A stretch of 64,000 nt of DNA from assembly GCF_006345805.1 (NCBI RefSeq), contig NC_043013.1, forward strand, positions 55,304,001-55,368,000, read 5' to 3'. Within the stretch, counting starts at the first letter, position 1. Every line of letters begins with the position of its first letter. The DNA is from Octopus sinensis. Taxonomy: Eukaryota. Positions 27,191-40,142 of this stretch are shown piece after piece. The notes under the pieces are model-generated. The model did no database searches and was not told the DNA's origin. It saw only the letters and a list, made by a program, of their open reading frames with translations. A program made the position numbers and the translations under genes.

Positions 27191-28210
27191 CAATGGTTCC
27201 CAATCGATTTTTGGCCATGCCCCACAGAATCATTTCTAAATTTCTAAAATATTGATGACCCCTTGTGATATATAAGTTTTGTTATTCAAAATTTGGTTAA
27301 TGTTTACAATATACCCGGACACGAAATAAATGAAAAAATAGTTCAACGGATGTAAAAAGAAATGTGTAGGAAACAAATATGAAAAAAATTCAAGGAAATC
27401 AACGGTGGAGGAGGACTTCGGAAAATTCACAAGATCTGAGTTTTCCCCTGATAACTTTTAGGAAAATTTTGTTTTAATGAAGTTTTATATAAATACCTTT
27501 CAACTGGCATAGATTACAATTATAAAGAAATTTTTTGGAAAATCTTTTCCGAGGGTTGAGAAGAGGACTTTGGAAAATTCACAAGATCCGAGGTTTTCGC
27601 CCATAACTTGGTGACAGTTTATTGTGTATAGCGGGTATAAATCCAAATTTTAAAATTCCTCTGAATATTGGAGAACTTTTTTTTACGTTTTATGTATTTT
27701 TGAATTGGTATAACTACAGATTTCTGCGTCCCTGACTTTGGATGATCATAACTTTGGGGAAAATGGATATTTTTAATGAAATTGTTTATCACACACACAC
27801 ACACATGTAATTAAAAAAGTTCAAACGAGGAATTATTCCATTCAATATCTTTTTATTATAGAGATTATGTAACAAATTATGCTTTACCCTTCTATATTTA
27901 ACTGTGCGTATATATTCCTTATTTTTGCTTCTGGTGTCTTCTATTAGAAACGTTTACCTGAGAATTTAGGTTAAACTAAAGCATTTGACCAGGTCATAAA
28001 AACAAAAAATAAAATAGTGTAATAGGTGTAAAATAATTTGCTCTAACCGAATATGACAAGAAAAATGCACACTCGCGAAAGGGGGGTGGGGGAGACCTTG
28101 GAAAATTCACATCTTCAGTCAATGGCCTTTAAACTATGGTGTTTAAGCCGGGCTGGAAAAAAATAAAAAAATAGTGTAATTAGTGTAAAACTACTTGTTC
28201 TAAATGACTA
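27191..28210. mobile_element. Possible non-autonomous hAT-like DNA transposon remnant with subterminal repeats
   Basis: Begins caatggttcccaa (similar to the Charlie/Buster TIR cagtggttcccaa). ggaaaattcaca occurs three times (~27420, ~27572, ~28100). aaatagtgtaat..gtgtaaaa occurs twice. A second TIR was not found. Confidence 0.35.
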
Positions 28211-28510
28211 TCGAGAACACACACAAAGAGAAATGGTTGGTTCAAGGCAAGTGTGCATTGAACTGAATCTAAATAAGCAAGAAAGATATTATCAAAGAAA
28301 AGGCCATAGCACCATCTTTAGTATCTGTTGTTATTGTTATTATTATTATTATGGAGTTGTGTGTGTGTATGTTCTTGATAATCGTTTAGAACAAGTAGTT
28401 TTACACCAATTACACTATTTTCTTCTTTTTTCTTCGATGATCTCCTGGGGCTAAAAGCTTCAGTAACACCCACCCTTTGTGGTTAGCCATACTGAGATGG
28501 CTATTATACT

Positions 28511-30733
28511 TTACTAAAACTCAAACAAAACCAAAAGATGAAACAGCCAAGGAAAGAAGCAAACCTGACTATACATATACCAAAAAGGATAGAAAGAGAC
28601 AGCACACACGAATGTGTAAATTCTAACTGAAAGGTGTCTGCTGGCATGGAGAGGCGGGTGCAGGCTGCCGTTTTGCACACCAAAGACCCTGCCACATAAG
28701 TATGAAACAGGGCAGAAACCAACTACCAAAAGGAAAAGGAAAGGACTACTCACCACCTGCTGCAAAACAGAGGTACGCAGATGTAGTGCGTGTTACAAGC
28801 CATCAACATGATATTGGAAGGGCAGCTGCTGAACAAGAATCTTTTTTGTGCATGGCACAAAAGATTGTACAACAGCTAACCTGCTGTACAATCTGCCCTA
28901 TGTCAGATGGCCTGAGGGCCTTTCTCTCACAGGAATGACACGATGCAAACGAGGACAGGCGAGGTCCATCCTGAACCTCATCAACACTCTATACATGGAG
29001 CAAATAATACTCCAACCAAACAGGGCAGGTAACATACTGGATCTCTGCTTCACAAATAATATGGATCTCATCCATAATGTGTAAGTGACACCGACACTAC
29101 TCTCGGATCACAACATGGTAGAGCTGACCATGTACGGGCCAAAGGAAAGCATGGACATGCAGCCTATAAGAAACTCTCAGAATCTTTCCAGCTTGAACTT
29201 CCATAAGGCAAACTGGAAACAAATTGAGAAAGAGATCCTCAAACAAAACTGGCCTGAATGTCTCTCCTCGCCAGACATCGACATGAAACTTCAACAATTC
29301 ATGTCTGTAATGCAAGCCATATGCTACAAATGTGTTCCAGAGAGAAAAGCCACTGTACACAAGAACAAAATCCCCAGAGAGAGGAAAATTCTTATGAGAC
29401 GGCGTACAAAAGTTTCAAATCGTCTAAAGAAACAAATTGAAAGCAGTGAAAAGTCCCACCTGAAAATAAAACTGTTGGAAATTGAAAAATGTCTGCAACT
29501 CTCCCATGAAAAAGAAAGAGCAGACAAAGAAGCCTGGGCTATAGACAATATAAAATCTAACCCCAGAGCTTTCTACAGGTATGCCAAAGAAACAGCTACA
29601 GTGCACTGTAGGATAGGGCCACTCCTTGAAAAGGATGGCACACTCAGAGGAAATCCAACGTGGATAAGTGAAATACTAAATGAGCAATTCAAAGGTATTT
29701 TCACTCCACCCCTAGGGCATTTTCAAGTCAGCAATCCAACGGTCTTCTTCACCACTGCAGATATGGGGTCAGAGGCGGCGATGATTGATTACATCAATAT
29801 AAAGGCTATAGATGAAATGAAAACAAACTCAGATACTGGCCCCGATGGATTCCCAGCAATCCTTCTAAAAGTATGTAAGAGACTCCTAGCAAGACCACTG
29901 CAGTGGCTCTTTCAGAGCTTCCTTGCAACTGGCAAACTTCCAAGAAAACTGAAGGAGGGTAAAATATGCCCTATACATAAAGGAGGTAGCAGAGTGGAGG
30001 CCAAGAACTACAGACCTATCTCTCTGACCTCACACATCAGCAAGGTCATGGAACGAATAGTCAGAAGGAAACTAATCGCCTTCCTTGAAGAAAATGACTT
30101 GCTGCCTGACACCCAACATGTTTTCCAACCAGGAAGAAGCTGCCTAACTCATCTCCTACAACACTATGACTGGGTGCTGAAACAACTGCTCAACCACTCA
30201 AATGTGGAAGTGATATATCTTGACTTTGCAAAGGCCTTTGATAAAGTCGATCATGGAATGATATGTCACAAACTGCGTGATCTTGGCATAGTTGAAAAAT
30301 TGGGAGAATGGCTTTCTGAAGGATAGAGGTCAGGTGGTAGTAGCCAATGGGACCACCTCCATTAACATGCAAATAGTGAGCGGTGTTCCGCAAGGTACTG
30401 TTTTAGGATCCCTAGTGTTCATAATGGCCCTCTCAGACATGCCCTCAGCCACGCAGAGAGCCACTATCACAAGTTATGCAGATGATACAAAAGTTTCACA
30501 GGTAATACAGAACCCTGAAGACACTATGCACCTGTAATGTGAGCTGGACAAAATATACAAATGGGCTGAAAAGAATAGCATGCAGTTCAATGCTGAAATG
30601 TTTCAAGCTTTATGCTATCAGCATGCAAAACTAAATGCAATACCCAATAAATACACTGGACCTGGAAGGATTGCAATCCCAGAGGCACAATCAGTGCGAG
30701 ACCTGGGTATTTACATGAGAAATGATGCAACAT
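28511..30733 (+). mobile_element. CR1-clade LINE copy C: 5'- and 3'-truncated, with ORF1-to-EN internal deletion
   Basis: ORF fragments 28848-29084, 29085-30326, 30292-30537. Shares lesions with copy D. Confidence 0.9.
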
Positions 30734-30759
30734 GTATATATATGCATACATATATACAT

Positions 30760-30802
<43 letters not shown>

Positions 30803-30851
30803 CATGTATATATATATACATATATACATATACATACATACATATACATAC

Positions 30852-30908
<57 letters not shown>

Positions 30909-30984
30909 CATGTATATATATACATATATACATACAAATATATATACATATTGATCAAAATAAAAACATGATGCCAAGGATTCA

Positions 30985-31062
30985 GTGGTACATATGTTTC
31001 GGGCCTTTATTAGACAGATTTATAACAATGCATAATGTATGTCTGTGGCCTTCTTCAGCCGC
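30985..31062 (-). ncRNA. Type I hammerhead-like motif, family H2 (left arm)
   Basis: Reverse complement of 31489-31566. Confidence 0.6.
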
Positions 31063-31488
31063 GCACAACAACTTCCGCAAGGACATGTGTTACATCAAAA
31101 ATTCTTGGTTGGGGATGCAAATCCTCTCATTCGCGTACGACATAATGCGGCAACAGCATAGAATTGAAGCGTCCATCTCTTTCTTCTCTCAATATGCAAA
31201 TCCTCTCATTCGCGTACGACATAATGCGGCAACAGCATAGAATTGAAGCGTCCATCTCTTTCTTCTCTCAATGTAGATTCTACATTGAGAGAAGAAAGAG
31301 AAGGACGCTTCAATTCTATGCTGTTGCCGCATTATGTCGTACGCGAATGAGAGGATTATTGAGAGAAGAAAGAGATGGACGCTTCAATTCTATGCTGTTG
31401 CCGCATTATGTCGTACGCGAATGAGAGGATTTGCATCCCCAACCAAGAATTTTTGATGTAACACATGTCCTTGCAGAAGTTGTTGTGC

Positions 31489-31566
31489 GCGGCTGAAGAA
31501 GGCCACAGACATACATTATGCATTGTTATAAATCTGTCTAATAAAGGCCCGAAACATATGTACCAC
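31489..31566 (+). ncRNA. Type I hammerhead-like motif, family H2 (right arm)
   Basis: gcgg CUGAAGA a GGCC..acaga/tctgt..GGCC c GAA ACAUAUGU A^ccac: intact core, palindromic stem III, GUA triplet. Stem I has one mismatch. Confidence 0.6.
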
Positions 31567-31703
31567 TGAATCCTTGGCATCATGTTTTTATTTTGATCAA
31601 TTTACTCCACCACCTACACCACCAAACGGTATGCACAGGTGCTTATAATTATCAAGTACTCACCCCGAATTTCTATATATATACATACATATATACATAT
31701 AGT

Positions 31704-31766
<63 letters not shown>

Positions 31767-32063
31767 CGTGCTGGTGTAGCAGGTGAGTTTTTCCCCTAGC
31801 ATTTCTAGATTTATAGGAAATATTACATTGACAAGGAAATGAGCCTTCGGTTCTAATCCAGAAACGATTCGTCTATAATTAATCCATAGGCTGGGATTTT
31901 GTTATTTTCTTCCTTTTTTGCCATATACAGGTTACAAATTCTGTTTGTTTGTGGTGACTTTTTATTAGTAGAGGAAATAGTGATCAATTTTGGCTGCTAT
32001 TTCTAATATTTTCGGTATGTGGTTTTGAGCAACTTGTTGCAATTAACCCTTAATTATAATTAC

Positions 32064-32094
<31 letters not shown>

Positions 32095-32171
32095 CATGTA
32101 TATATATGCATACATATAGACATATACATACATATATATATATACATACAATATATATATATATATATATA

Positions 32172-32550
32172 TCTCTATATAAACGGCAGTTTGTCTGTGT
32201 GTGTGTCTGTGTGTCTGTTAGGTTGTACCCTCACCCTGACCACGGCTTTCAACCGATTCTGATGAAACTTGACACACACATAGCCCAATGTCATAATTCA
32301 AAACTAACGCAGAGAAAATTTTGAAAAGTTCCCCCAGTTCTGAAAAAAATCGATAAATTCGACATGGGGTCGAGAATCAGAAACACAAACCACAGACTGT
32401 CTAGGGGACGCAACTCGACCTTTTTTACTCTCAAAAAAATTTACCATCATTTTTTTTCCATTTTTTTTCTATTTTTTGGCTATAACTCTCTAAAAATGCT
32501 TTATAGTTACTTCCCTTACAAACCCGAGCAACGCCGGGCGATACTGCTAG
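32172..32550 (+). mobile_element. Non-autonomous Helitron (Lep1-like)
   Basis: A|TC start, 3' hairpin cccgagcaacgccggg about 8 nt before CTAG|T, internal (GT)n. Second copy at 56703-57078. Confidence 0.85.
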
Positions 32551-32571
32551 TATATATATATATATGTATAT

Positions 32572-34700
32572 TTGTTTTTTTTTTGTTTCAGCTCAGAGCT
32601 GCAGCCATACTGATGCACCACCGTTTTGTGCTACACTGTTATTACTAAGAGCCTACTCAAATATGTGGCACTTGGTGAAGAATGGAGTTTGATGTAGCTA
32701 CCCTCATTTGCACCTCTTGCTGTGAGGTAGGTTCATCTGGGACTCTCGACAGGAAGAGGTCCAGCTTTGATTTAAAAACCGCTACATCTACTTTGTGCAA
32801 GTTCCTCAGACTCTTTGGGAGAATATTAAAAAGCTGTGGGCCCTTGAAACCCAGGCTGTTGCAGTAGCTGGTCCTGAAGCGTGATGGCATTGCTGGGATC
32901 TTTGGCACTATGCAGTGTCGTCCCGTTCTAGCATTGGTGTAGCTTACAATGCCAAAATTTGGCACAATTCCTTCCAGGATCTTCCAGATATATATTACTG
33001 CATACCTCTCCCATCTTCTCTGCAGGGAGTAGAGTCTTAGCTGTTTCAACCTTTCCCAGTAGCTGAGCTGTTGCAAAGAGACGATCTTCTTTGTGAATCT
33101 TCTCTGGATTGCTTCAAGGTCCGCTGTTAATTTCACACTGGTGGGTGACCATAGCTGTGCGCAGTAATACAGGTGGCTGAGGACTAATGTCCACCAGAGG
33201 ACCATCATGATTTCCTTATCTCTAGTTCTGAATGTTCTTAGGATACACCCAGCCAGTCGTCTGCACTTTGTCGCCATCCTTGTAATGTGCACTTGGAAAG
33301 AGGTATCATCACTCATGTCGATACCCAGGTCCCTCACAGACTTAGGCTCTGGGATTGAAATTCCCTGAGGACCGGTGTACCCTGTAAGTTTAATATTCAG
33401 TTTTGGATGCTGGTAGCACAGGGCCTGTAATTTTTCAGCATTAAACTGCATATTATTGTCCTCAGCCCATCTGTAGATTGAGTCCAACTCATGCTGCAGG
33501 TGTGCAACATCACTGGGGTTCTGTATTTTCTGTGAGACTTTTGTATCGTCTGCATAGATTGCCAGAGTGGCTATCCGGGCATTGGAGAGCATATCTGAGA
33601 GGGCCACTATAAAAAGCAGTGGTCCCATGTCAGGTTGCTTGGAAGTTTGCCATTTGTAAGAAAGCTCTGGAAGAGAATCTTAAGGGGTTTTGCTAGGGCA
33701 TACTTACACACTTTGAGGAGGATTGCTGGGAAATCATCAAGACCAGCAGTTGAGTTTGTGTCCACTTCATCTATGGCTAGTAGTACATCTTCTTCGCTAA
33801 TGTCAATGTATTCTTTTCTAACGTCCTCGCTGGTTATAGGTGAGGTGGCAAAGAAGTCCACTTGTTCGTTCACTTGTCTGTGTTCCAATGGGGTGGTAAA
33901 GACACTTTTGAACTGGTCATTAAGTATCTCACTGATCTTAGTTGGACTGTCTGTGAGGGAGCCATCCTTTTGGAGGCGGGGTCCTATCCTGTAGTGTACT
34001 GAGGCTGTTTCTTTCACGTAATGAAAGAAGGCCTTTGGGTTTGATTTAATGTTTTTTTATAACCCAGGCTTCTTTGTCTGCTTTCTCCCTCACATAGGAT
34101 TGTTGCAGCCTTTTTTCGATCTCCATCAGTGTTGTTTTTAGGCAGGACGTTTCGCTACTTTTGGGATGTTGGTTGAGACGATCTTCCTCTCTCTTGGAAT
34201 CTTACTCCTATTTGTTTTGGCCTTGTGCTCTGGGACATATTTCTGGCATACGGCTAGCACAGAAGACATGAAACATTCTAGTTTCAAGACATGAAGCATT
34301 CTAGTATCATGGCAATGTCTGGTGTGGAGAGACATTTTAGCCAGTCCTCTCTGAGGATCTCTTTTTGGATCGATTTCCAATCTGTTTTGTGGGAGTTCAG
34401 ATTGGAGAAATTTCGGGTGCTTCCTTTAGGCTGTATGTCTCTGGTTACTTTTGGCCCAAACATAGACAGCTCTATTATGTTGCGATCCGAGACTAATGTC
34501 AGTGTCACTTTCACATCATGTATGATGTCCATATTGTTCGTGAAGCAGAGATCCAAAATGTTATTCACCCTAGTTGGTCTGAGTACAGCTTGCTCCATGA
34601 ATAGGGCATTGGTGAGGTTGAGCAGGGACTCCAACTGTGCTTGCTTGCAATGAGTCTTTCCTGAGAGTATGAAACCTTTGGGCCGGTATGAGACCTTCGG
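32572..34700 (-). mobile_element. CR1-clade LINE copy E: 5'-truncated at (TA)n, with the central RT region deleted at ~33628
   Basis: ORF 32657-33628 (GPLLFIVALSD, YADD, VRDLG). KLPSNL is joined directly to GPLLF. 3' end cagctctgagctgaaac. Confidence 0.88.
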
Positions 34701-34898
34701 GTATATATATATATACACATACATGTATATATATACATACATGCATATATATATACATACATATACATATACATACATATACATATATATATATATATAT
34801 ATGTATCTATATATATACATATACATACATGCGTACACACATATATATATATATATATATACATATATATACAGACATACATAGATACATATACACAC

Positions 34899-34978
<80 letters not shown>
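34701..34978. repeat. (TA)/(CA)n compound microsatellite
   Basis: Direct reading. Confidence 0.95.
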
Positions 34979-34981
<3 letters not shown>

Positions 34982-35303
34982 GAAGCAAAACAGCCTTGCT
35001 CTGAGCAAATCATGAAGTTTCCATGTAAATAAACATAATAGCCTAAGGGAGATAACCCATGTAGATTAATGATGTAAATTCAGAGAAATTAAGAGATTAT
35101 GAAGTGAATAAAGGACATAAGCGACTTTTTTTCCTAAATGGAAAACCAAAAAGACAAAACCTTCTGGTAATAGTTAACAACTCTCAAAGTAATGGGAAGA
35201 TAATTTCAACAAATTCAGAATGATTTCACAGAATATTTTTAATGTGTATTTTCTTAATTGATGGTAATTAATTTCATAGTTTCAAGTATTCTTTTACTCT
35301 TTT

Positions 35304-35672
35304 ATTTGTTTCAGTCATTTTATTGTGGCCATGCTGGAGCACTGCCTTTAATCAAGCAAATCGACCCCAGGACTTATTCTTTGTAAGCCTAGTATTTATT
35401 CTATAGGTCCCTTTTGCTGAACTGCTAAGTTACGGGGATGTAAACTCACCAGCATCAGTTGTCAAGCGATGGTGGGACAAACACAGACACGCAAACATAT
35501 ACATACACATACATATACACACGTATATACGACGGGCTTCTTTCGGTTTCTGTCTACCAAATCCATTCACAAGGCTTATAGTAGAAGACACTTGGCCAAG
35601 GTGCCGCGCAGTGGGACTGATCCCAGAACCGTGTGGTTGGTAAGCAAGCTACTTACCACACAGCCACTCCTA
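35304..35672 (-). mobile_element. S2 SINE, near full length
   Basis: Head gtaggagtggctgtgtggtaagtagcttgc...ggttctgggatcagtccc, central microsatellite, tail gtgctccagcatggccacaat..aatgactgaaac. Confidence 0.9.
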
Positions 35673-35964
35673 CAGCAATTTCAAGTTTTTTTAATTCCTT
35701 ATTTAATTGGAATCAAGAGAAATATTTCTGTTTATGACAATTCTCAATCATTGAGACCGAATGTTAGACCAAGGGAGCAGAGACAGTGACCTGAGGGGCA
35801 GGGAACTGATAGTGAAAGAAAAACAGCCCTTATAGGAGTAATGTCTGTATAGGGAATATTGAGATAAAATGGTAATTTTAGAAAAGCTGGAAATGGCAAT
35901 GTTGAGGTGGGGAAAGTGAAAAACAAAAAAAAAAAAAGGAAGGAAATAATAATAATAATAATAA

Positions 35965-36192
35965 GTGATGATAATAATGATTTCAAATTTTGGAACAAGG
36001 CCAGCAATTTCAGAGAAAGTGGGTAAGTCGGTTTCATTGACCCCTAGTACTCAACTGGTACTTATTTTTTGGAAGCCGAAAGGATGAAAGGGAAAGTCAA
36101 CTTTGGTAGAATTTGAACTTAAAATGTAAAGAGTCACAAGAAATGCAGCCAAACATTTTACCAGGCATGCTATGGATTCTGCCATTTCCCTG
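35965..36192 (-). mobile_element. S1-type SINE variant
   Basis: gaaaggatgaaagggaaagtcaactttggtagaatttgaact core. Confidence 0.75.
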
Positions 36193-36197
36193 CAGCA

Positions 36198-36198
36198 G

Positions 36199-36229
<31 letters not shown>

Positions 36230-36430
36230 GGTGGTAATGATGACGATGATGGTGGTGGTGGTGGTGGTGGTAATGATGATGATGAGAGGAGGAGGAGGGG
36301 AGGAGAAGAAGAAGAAGAAGAAGAAGAAGAAAAGGAAGAAGAAGAAGAAGAAGAAGAAGAAGAAGAAGAAGAAGAAGAAGAAGAAGAAGAAGAAGAAGAA
36401 GAAGAAGAAGAAGAAGAAGAAGGTGATGAT
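36198..36430. repeat. Compound (GAT)/(GGT)/(GAA)n trinucleotide repeat
   Basis: Direct reading. Confidence 0.95.
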
Positions 36431-38954
36431 GGTGACAATGACACTGATGCTGATGACAGTAGGGATGGAAAGGTGAAGAAATTGATGGAGACGATGAGGA
36501 AAAAGATTCTGGTTTGTGCAATGAAATGGTAAACAGTACAAGATTCAGATTAAAAGATAAAGTCTTGTCAAATATTCAATTTCATAGACAAATCAGTGGT
36601 ATTACAGATACAAACTAGTTTATAAACAGCTAATAGCACTATTCCAAGATTTAAAGTCTGCCGATTCTGCTGCCATTATTCTAATAAATGGTATTATTTT
36701 TCTTACATTAAATCGAATATTTAGTCTAATGTATTTCCTTTTTCATTGCTGTTTGCTAAAACCATTTTCTCTAGGATTAAAACTTTTAGAATCATATCTC
36801 ATTTTTCAGATAAGGACTTAATAACATTATTTAGTTTCAGAGTTTCAAAATATTCTTCATATCCTCCGTATAGATTAAAACAAACCAATTCTATCAATGA
36901 AGGCCACTGATTTTGTTTGAAGTTTGATTCTTTCGCTTTGCAGCAGGTCATTATGGCTACACACTCAGATGAATTAGATTGATTCAAATACATTATTAAT
37001 ATACAAAAGCTGAACAATCTTTCCAACTATTTGACCTGTTCTTATTAAATGCTGCTGCAATCCTTAGATTGAAACTGTGATTCCCAATTTTCTAAGTACG
37101 CTGTAATTTCTACAGTGAAACTCTGAAATAAAATCCACAAAACTGACGCTTTGCCTTATTCCATAACCAATTATTTCTCTTGCTCTACTTCATCATGTTT
37201 CATATCTACCAACATGAAAACTTATTGATTTCCTTCACGCGAGACTGTTTTGTCTTTCTCATATATCAGTTCAATCTTTAATCTTTACAATTTCAGATTT
37301 TCATAGAATCTGCTGAGTTTCTCTCTTCACAACAGCTTAATCTATTAATTCTTTGAGGTTTTATGTTAGCTTTAATCCATTATGCTAATGTTTTGAAATA
37401 AAATTTCACTTTTTATATTGGAGATTTTTATATATTTTATTATTTTTGTTTATATTTATTTAGGTTTCATTTTGAACCAGAAACAGTTCATCTACTGGAA
37501 ATGTGAAAAGTAAGAGAGAAAAAAAGCAAACAAAACAAGATCAACACTATAAAAAAAAAAACCAGCAAAAAGTAAGTGCATTTAAACAGTATTTACATTA
37601 CTAAATATATTGCTAAAGAAATAAACTATTACAATTGCATGACAAATTGAGGAAATTTGGCAACTGTACAAAATCTGTCTAGCTTGAGTATCGAAGGTTA
37701 ATCTAAAAAATTTCTATCGTGCAGAATGCATAATGGGTTGTTCCAAAAGAGAGTCAGTTTTGCTCTCTGAATACAACAAAGGTGAATTCCTCATACATAA
37801 TGCCAGTTTTACTTATTGAGTGCCAAATGAAGATTTTAAAGGTTTCTACCATGGCTCCACTTGTCTGAATACAAAATTAAGTTTAAACTTTAATTTCATT
37901 GGTTATTTTAATACTGAAATAGAGCAACAGCAGTGTAACGTACAAAAGCAGATATTTCTTTTATAAATTTACTTGAATGTTGTTTACTAAAACTGTCATT
38001 ACTTTTCTGATTTTAATTCAACTCTGGAAATATTTAATTCCAATTTGTAGTACAAAACAGTTAAGTTCAAATTCTAATAAACATCATCATCAGATTATCA
38101 TGCTTTCATGGTTAGATGAAGTTTCTTGAAACAGATTATCTATTATGGATACTCTTCCTGTCCCCAACCCTCACCTTTTTCCAAGCAAGATAATATTTGC
38201 TTGTGGCCAGACATGTTCTTGCAATATACTGGAAATGAACGACACTGCTTGTATGACAGTGACACTCATTTACGACAATCATGCAATGTCAAGACATGGA
38301 GACACAAACACACACACACATATGTATGTATATGACTGACTTCTTCAAATATAATATGCTTTAATTTCTTCCACAATATGTTTATAACTGCCTCCCTTAC
38401 TCTATCTCCACAACCAGCCACTTTCTCTCTTATTTTCTTCTCTTTCCTCTCCCTGTCACTTTTTCCCCTCACTCTCCCTTTCCTTCCTCCCACTATACTG
38501 CTTTGCAATGTGCACTTCTACTGTACATTTTACATTTTATTATAATATTCTGAACCATTGCACTTACATTCCTCTCCTTTTCTCTCCGACCACACTCTCA
38601 TTTACTCCATTCCTTCTCCTCCTATGTCATTATGATTCCTTCTCCCTCACTGTCCATGTGTGTGTGTGTGTGTATAGCATTCTTTATTCATTCCTCTCAC
38701 TGAGACTCATCTGGCACCTCTTATGTTAACTTTCTCTGTATCTATCCTTTACAGTCCTGAGAGTGTAAGCATTATGGTTACATTATCAGCACTTTCACCC
38801 ACGATTGCACCCAAGTCCATTTCTACGAGATTGGAAAGTCGAACGGTGAACTTTTAGGCTTCTTTTTCTTCTCTCTCTTCATCTCCTTATTCCTTTATTC
38901 CTGTCCTCTATGTCGTCATTTCATTAACCTATACCCTTCTCATTTTCCCTATTT

Positions 38955-39010
38955 GTCTCCGATGATGAAATATCCAACACTCTGGGATATCCCAGAAACA
39001 GCTGTAAGAC
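38955..39010 (+). ncRNA. Type I hammerhead-like motif, family H5 (core U4 changed to C)
   Basis: gtct CcGAUGA tg..atatcc/ggatat..ca GAA ACAGCUGU A^agac: stem I gtct/agac, palindromic stem III. Confidence 0.6.
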
Positions 39011-39024
39011 TTTGAATTTTTCTC

Positions 39025-39066
<42 letters not shown>

Positions 39067-39328
39067 TAATAATAATGTATATGACTTCAGATATTTGCCT
39101 TGCCTTAATGTTTGTTGTCCTCTTTAACAATTATATATCCGCTATATCAGAAACCTGCAATGGCTCCATAACTACCTTCTCGGCTACAACCTTGGGGCCC
39201 TAGTAATCCGTTACAGCACTTACCTAGCATACCTAATCATTTAGAATACCTGTGAACTAAACCACCATATTTTGTATACATATACATATATTTATCTATA
39301 CATATGTGTATGTATATATATATATACA

Positions 39329-39365
<37 letters not shown>

Positions 39366-39566
39366 TAGGTGAATGAATTATCCTATGTTTATCGTCTGCA
39401 TGGAAAATTCGTTTAACCGAAACCTGGGTAGCAAATTCACGTCAGAAACACGGTTGAAGCGACCTGTCAAGGGTAGAAACTCCAGGTTCATGTGTAGAAA
39501 TTTGTGTGTTGTATATGAATAAATGAAAGAATGGAGTCGAACGAAGATGTCAACAAAATTCCTTTA

Positions 39567-39648
39567 CTCTCGACATATATTTCGAAGACAGCATGTTTTC
39601 ATTCCAAAGGAATAAAGGGTGCATTATGCAATCTTCTCATCAGGAAAG
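39567..39648 (-). ncRNA. Type I hammerhead-like motif, family H3 (left)
   Basis: ctttc CUGAUGA gaagau..gucuuc GAA AUAUAUGU C^gagag. Confidence 0.7.
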
Positions 39649-40142
39649 AAAGGGAGCCTCTCTCGGCAACAAGACAAACAAAAATTTCGATGATTGCCTA
39701 CATGGTAAACAAAGCGATAATGAGTGTTTTTTTATGTCCACCCCACTTCTATAGAGAAATTCTTTCCTAAGCCTTTGAACATTCTTTCAATCAACGTACC
39801 CTTCCCTCTCCACTTGTTCCCTACCTATTATTCCTTTAACCCTTCTCTTCCTACTATCTATCTTTGACGTCTGTCTCTCTCTCACACACACAATCACACA
39901 CAGACACAAATACAGTTATACACACACAAAGACACGCACTCATTAACACAAGCATACCTTTCCATGCATACAGCAAACATACTGTTCCCTACCTATTATT
40001 ACTTTAACCCTTCTCTTCCTACTATCTATCTTTGACGTGAATTCTTCTAACGGTATTTTTAAAAAAACATTCATTATCGCTTTGTTTACCATGTAGGCAA
40101 TCATCGAAATTTTTGTTTGTCTTGTCGAGAGAGGCTCCCTTT

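Larger units (their letters stand above)
30950..31601. repeat. ~650 bp near-perfect palindrome centred on base 31278, each arm containing a 79-bp tandem duplication and a hammerhead motif
   Basis: The arms differ by about two substitutions and one 5-bp indel. Centre atgtaga-t-tctacat. Confidence 0.95.

Noticed and set aside
36051-36541. Poly-E/poly-L/poly-S/poly-K ORFs
   Set aside because: Pure trinucleotide repeats adjoining a SINE; no splice or codon evidence.
36799-37026. 75-aa ORF in non-repeat sequence
   Set aside because: No recognisable motif and no matching splice-site pair; length expected by chance.
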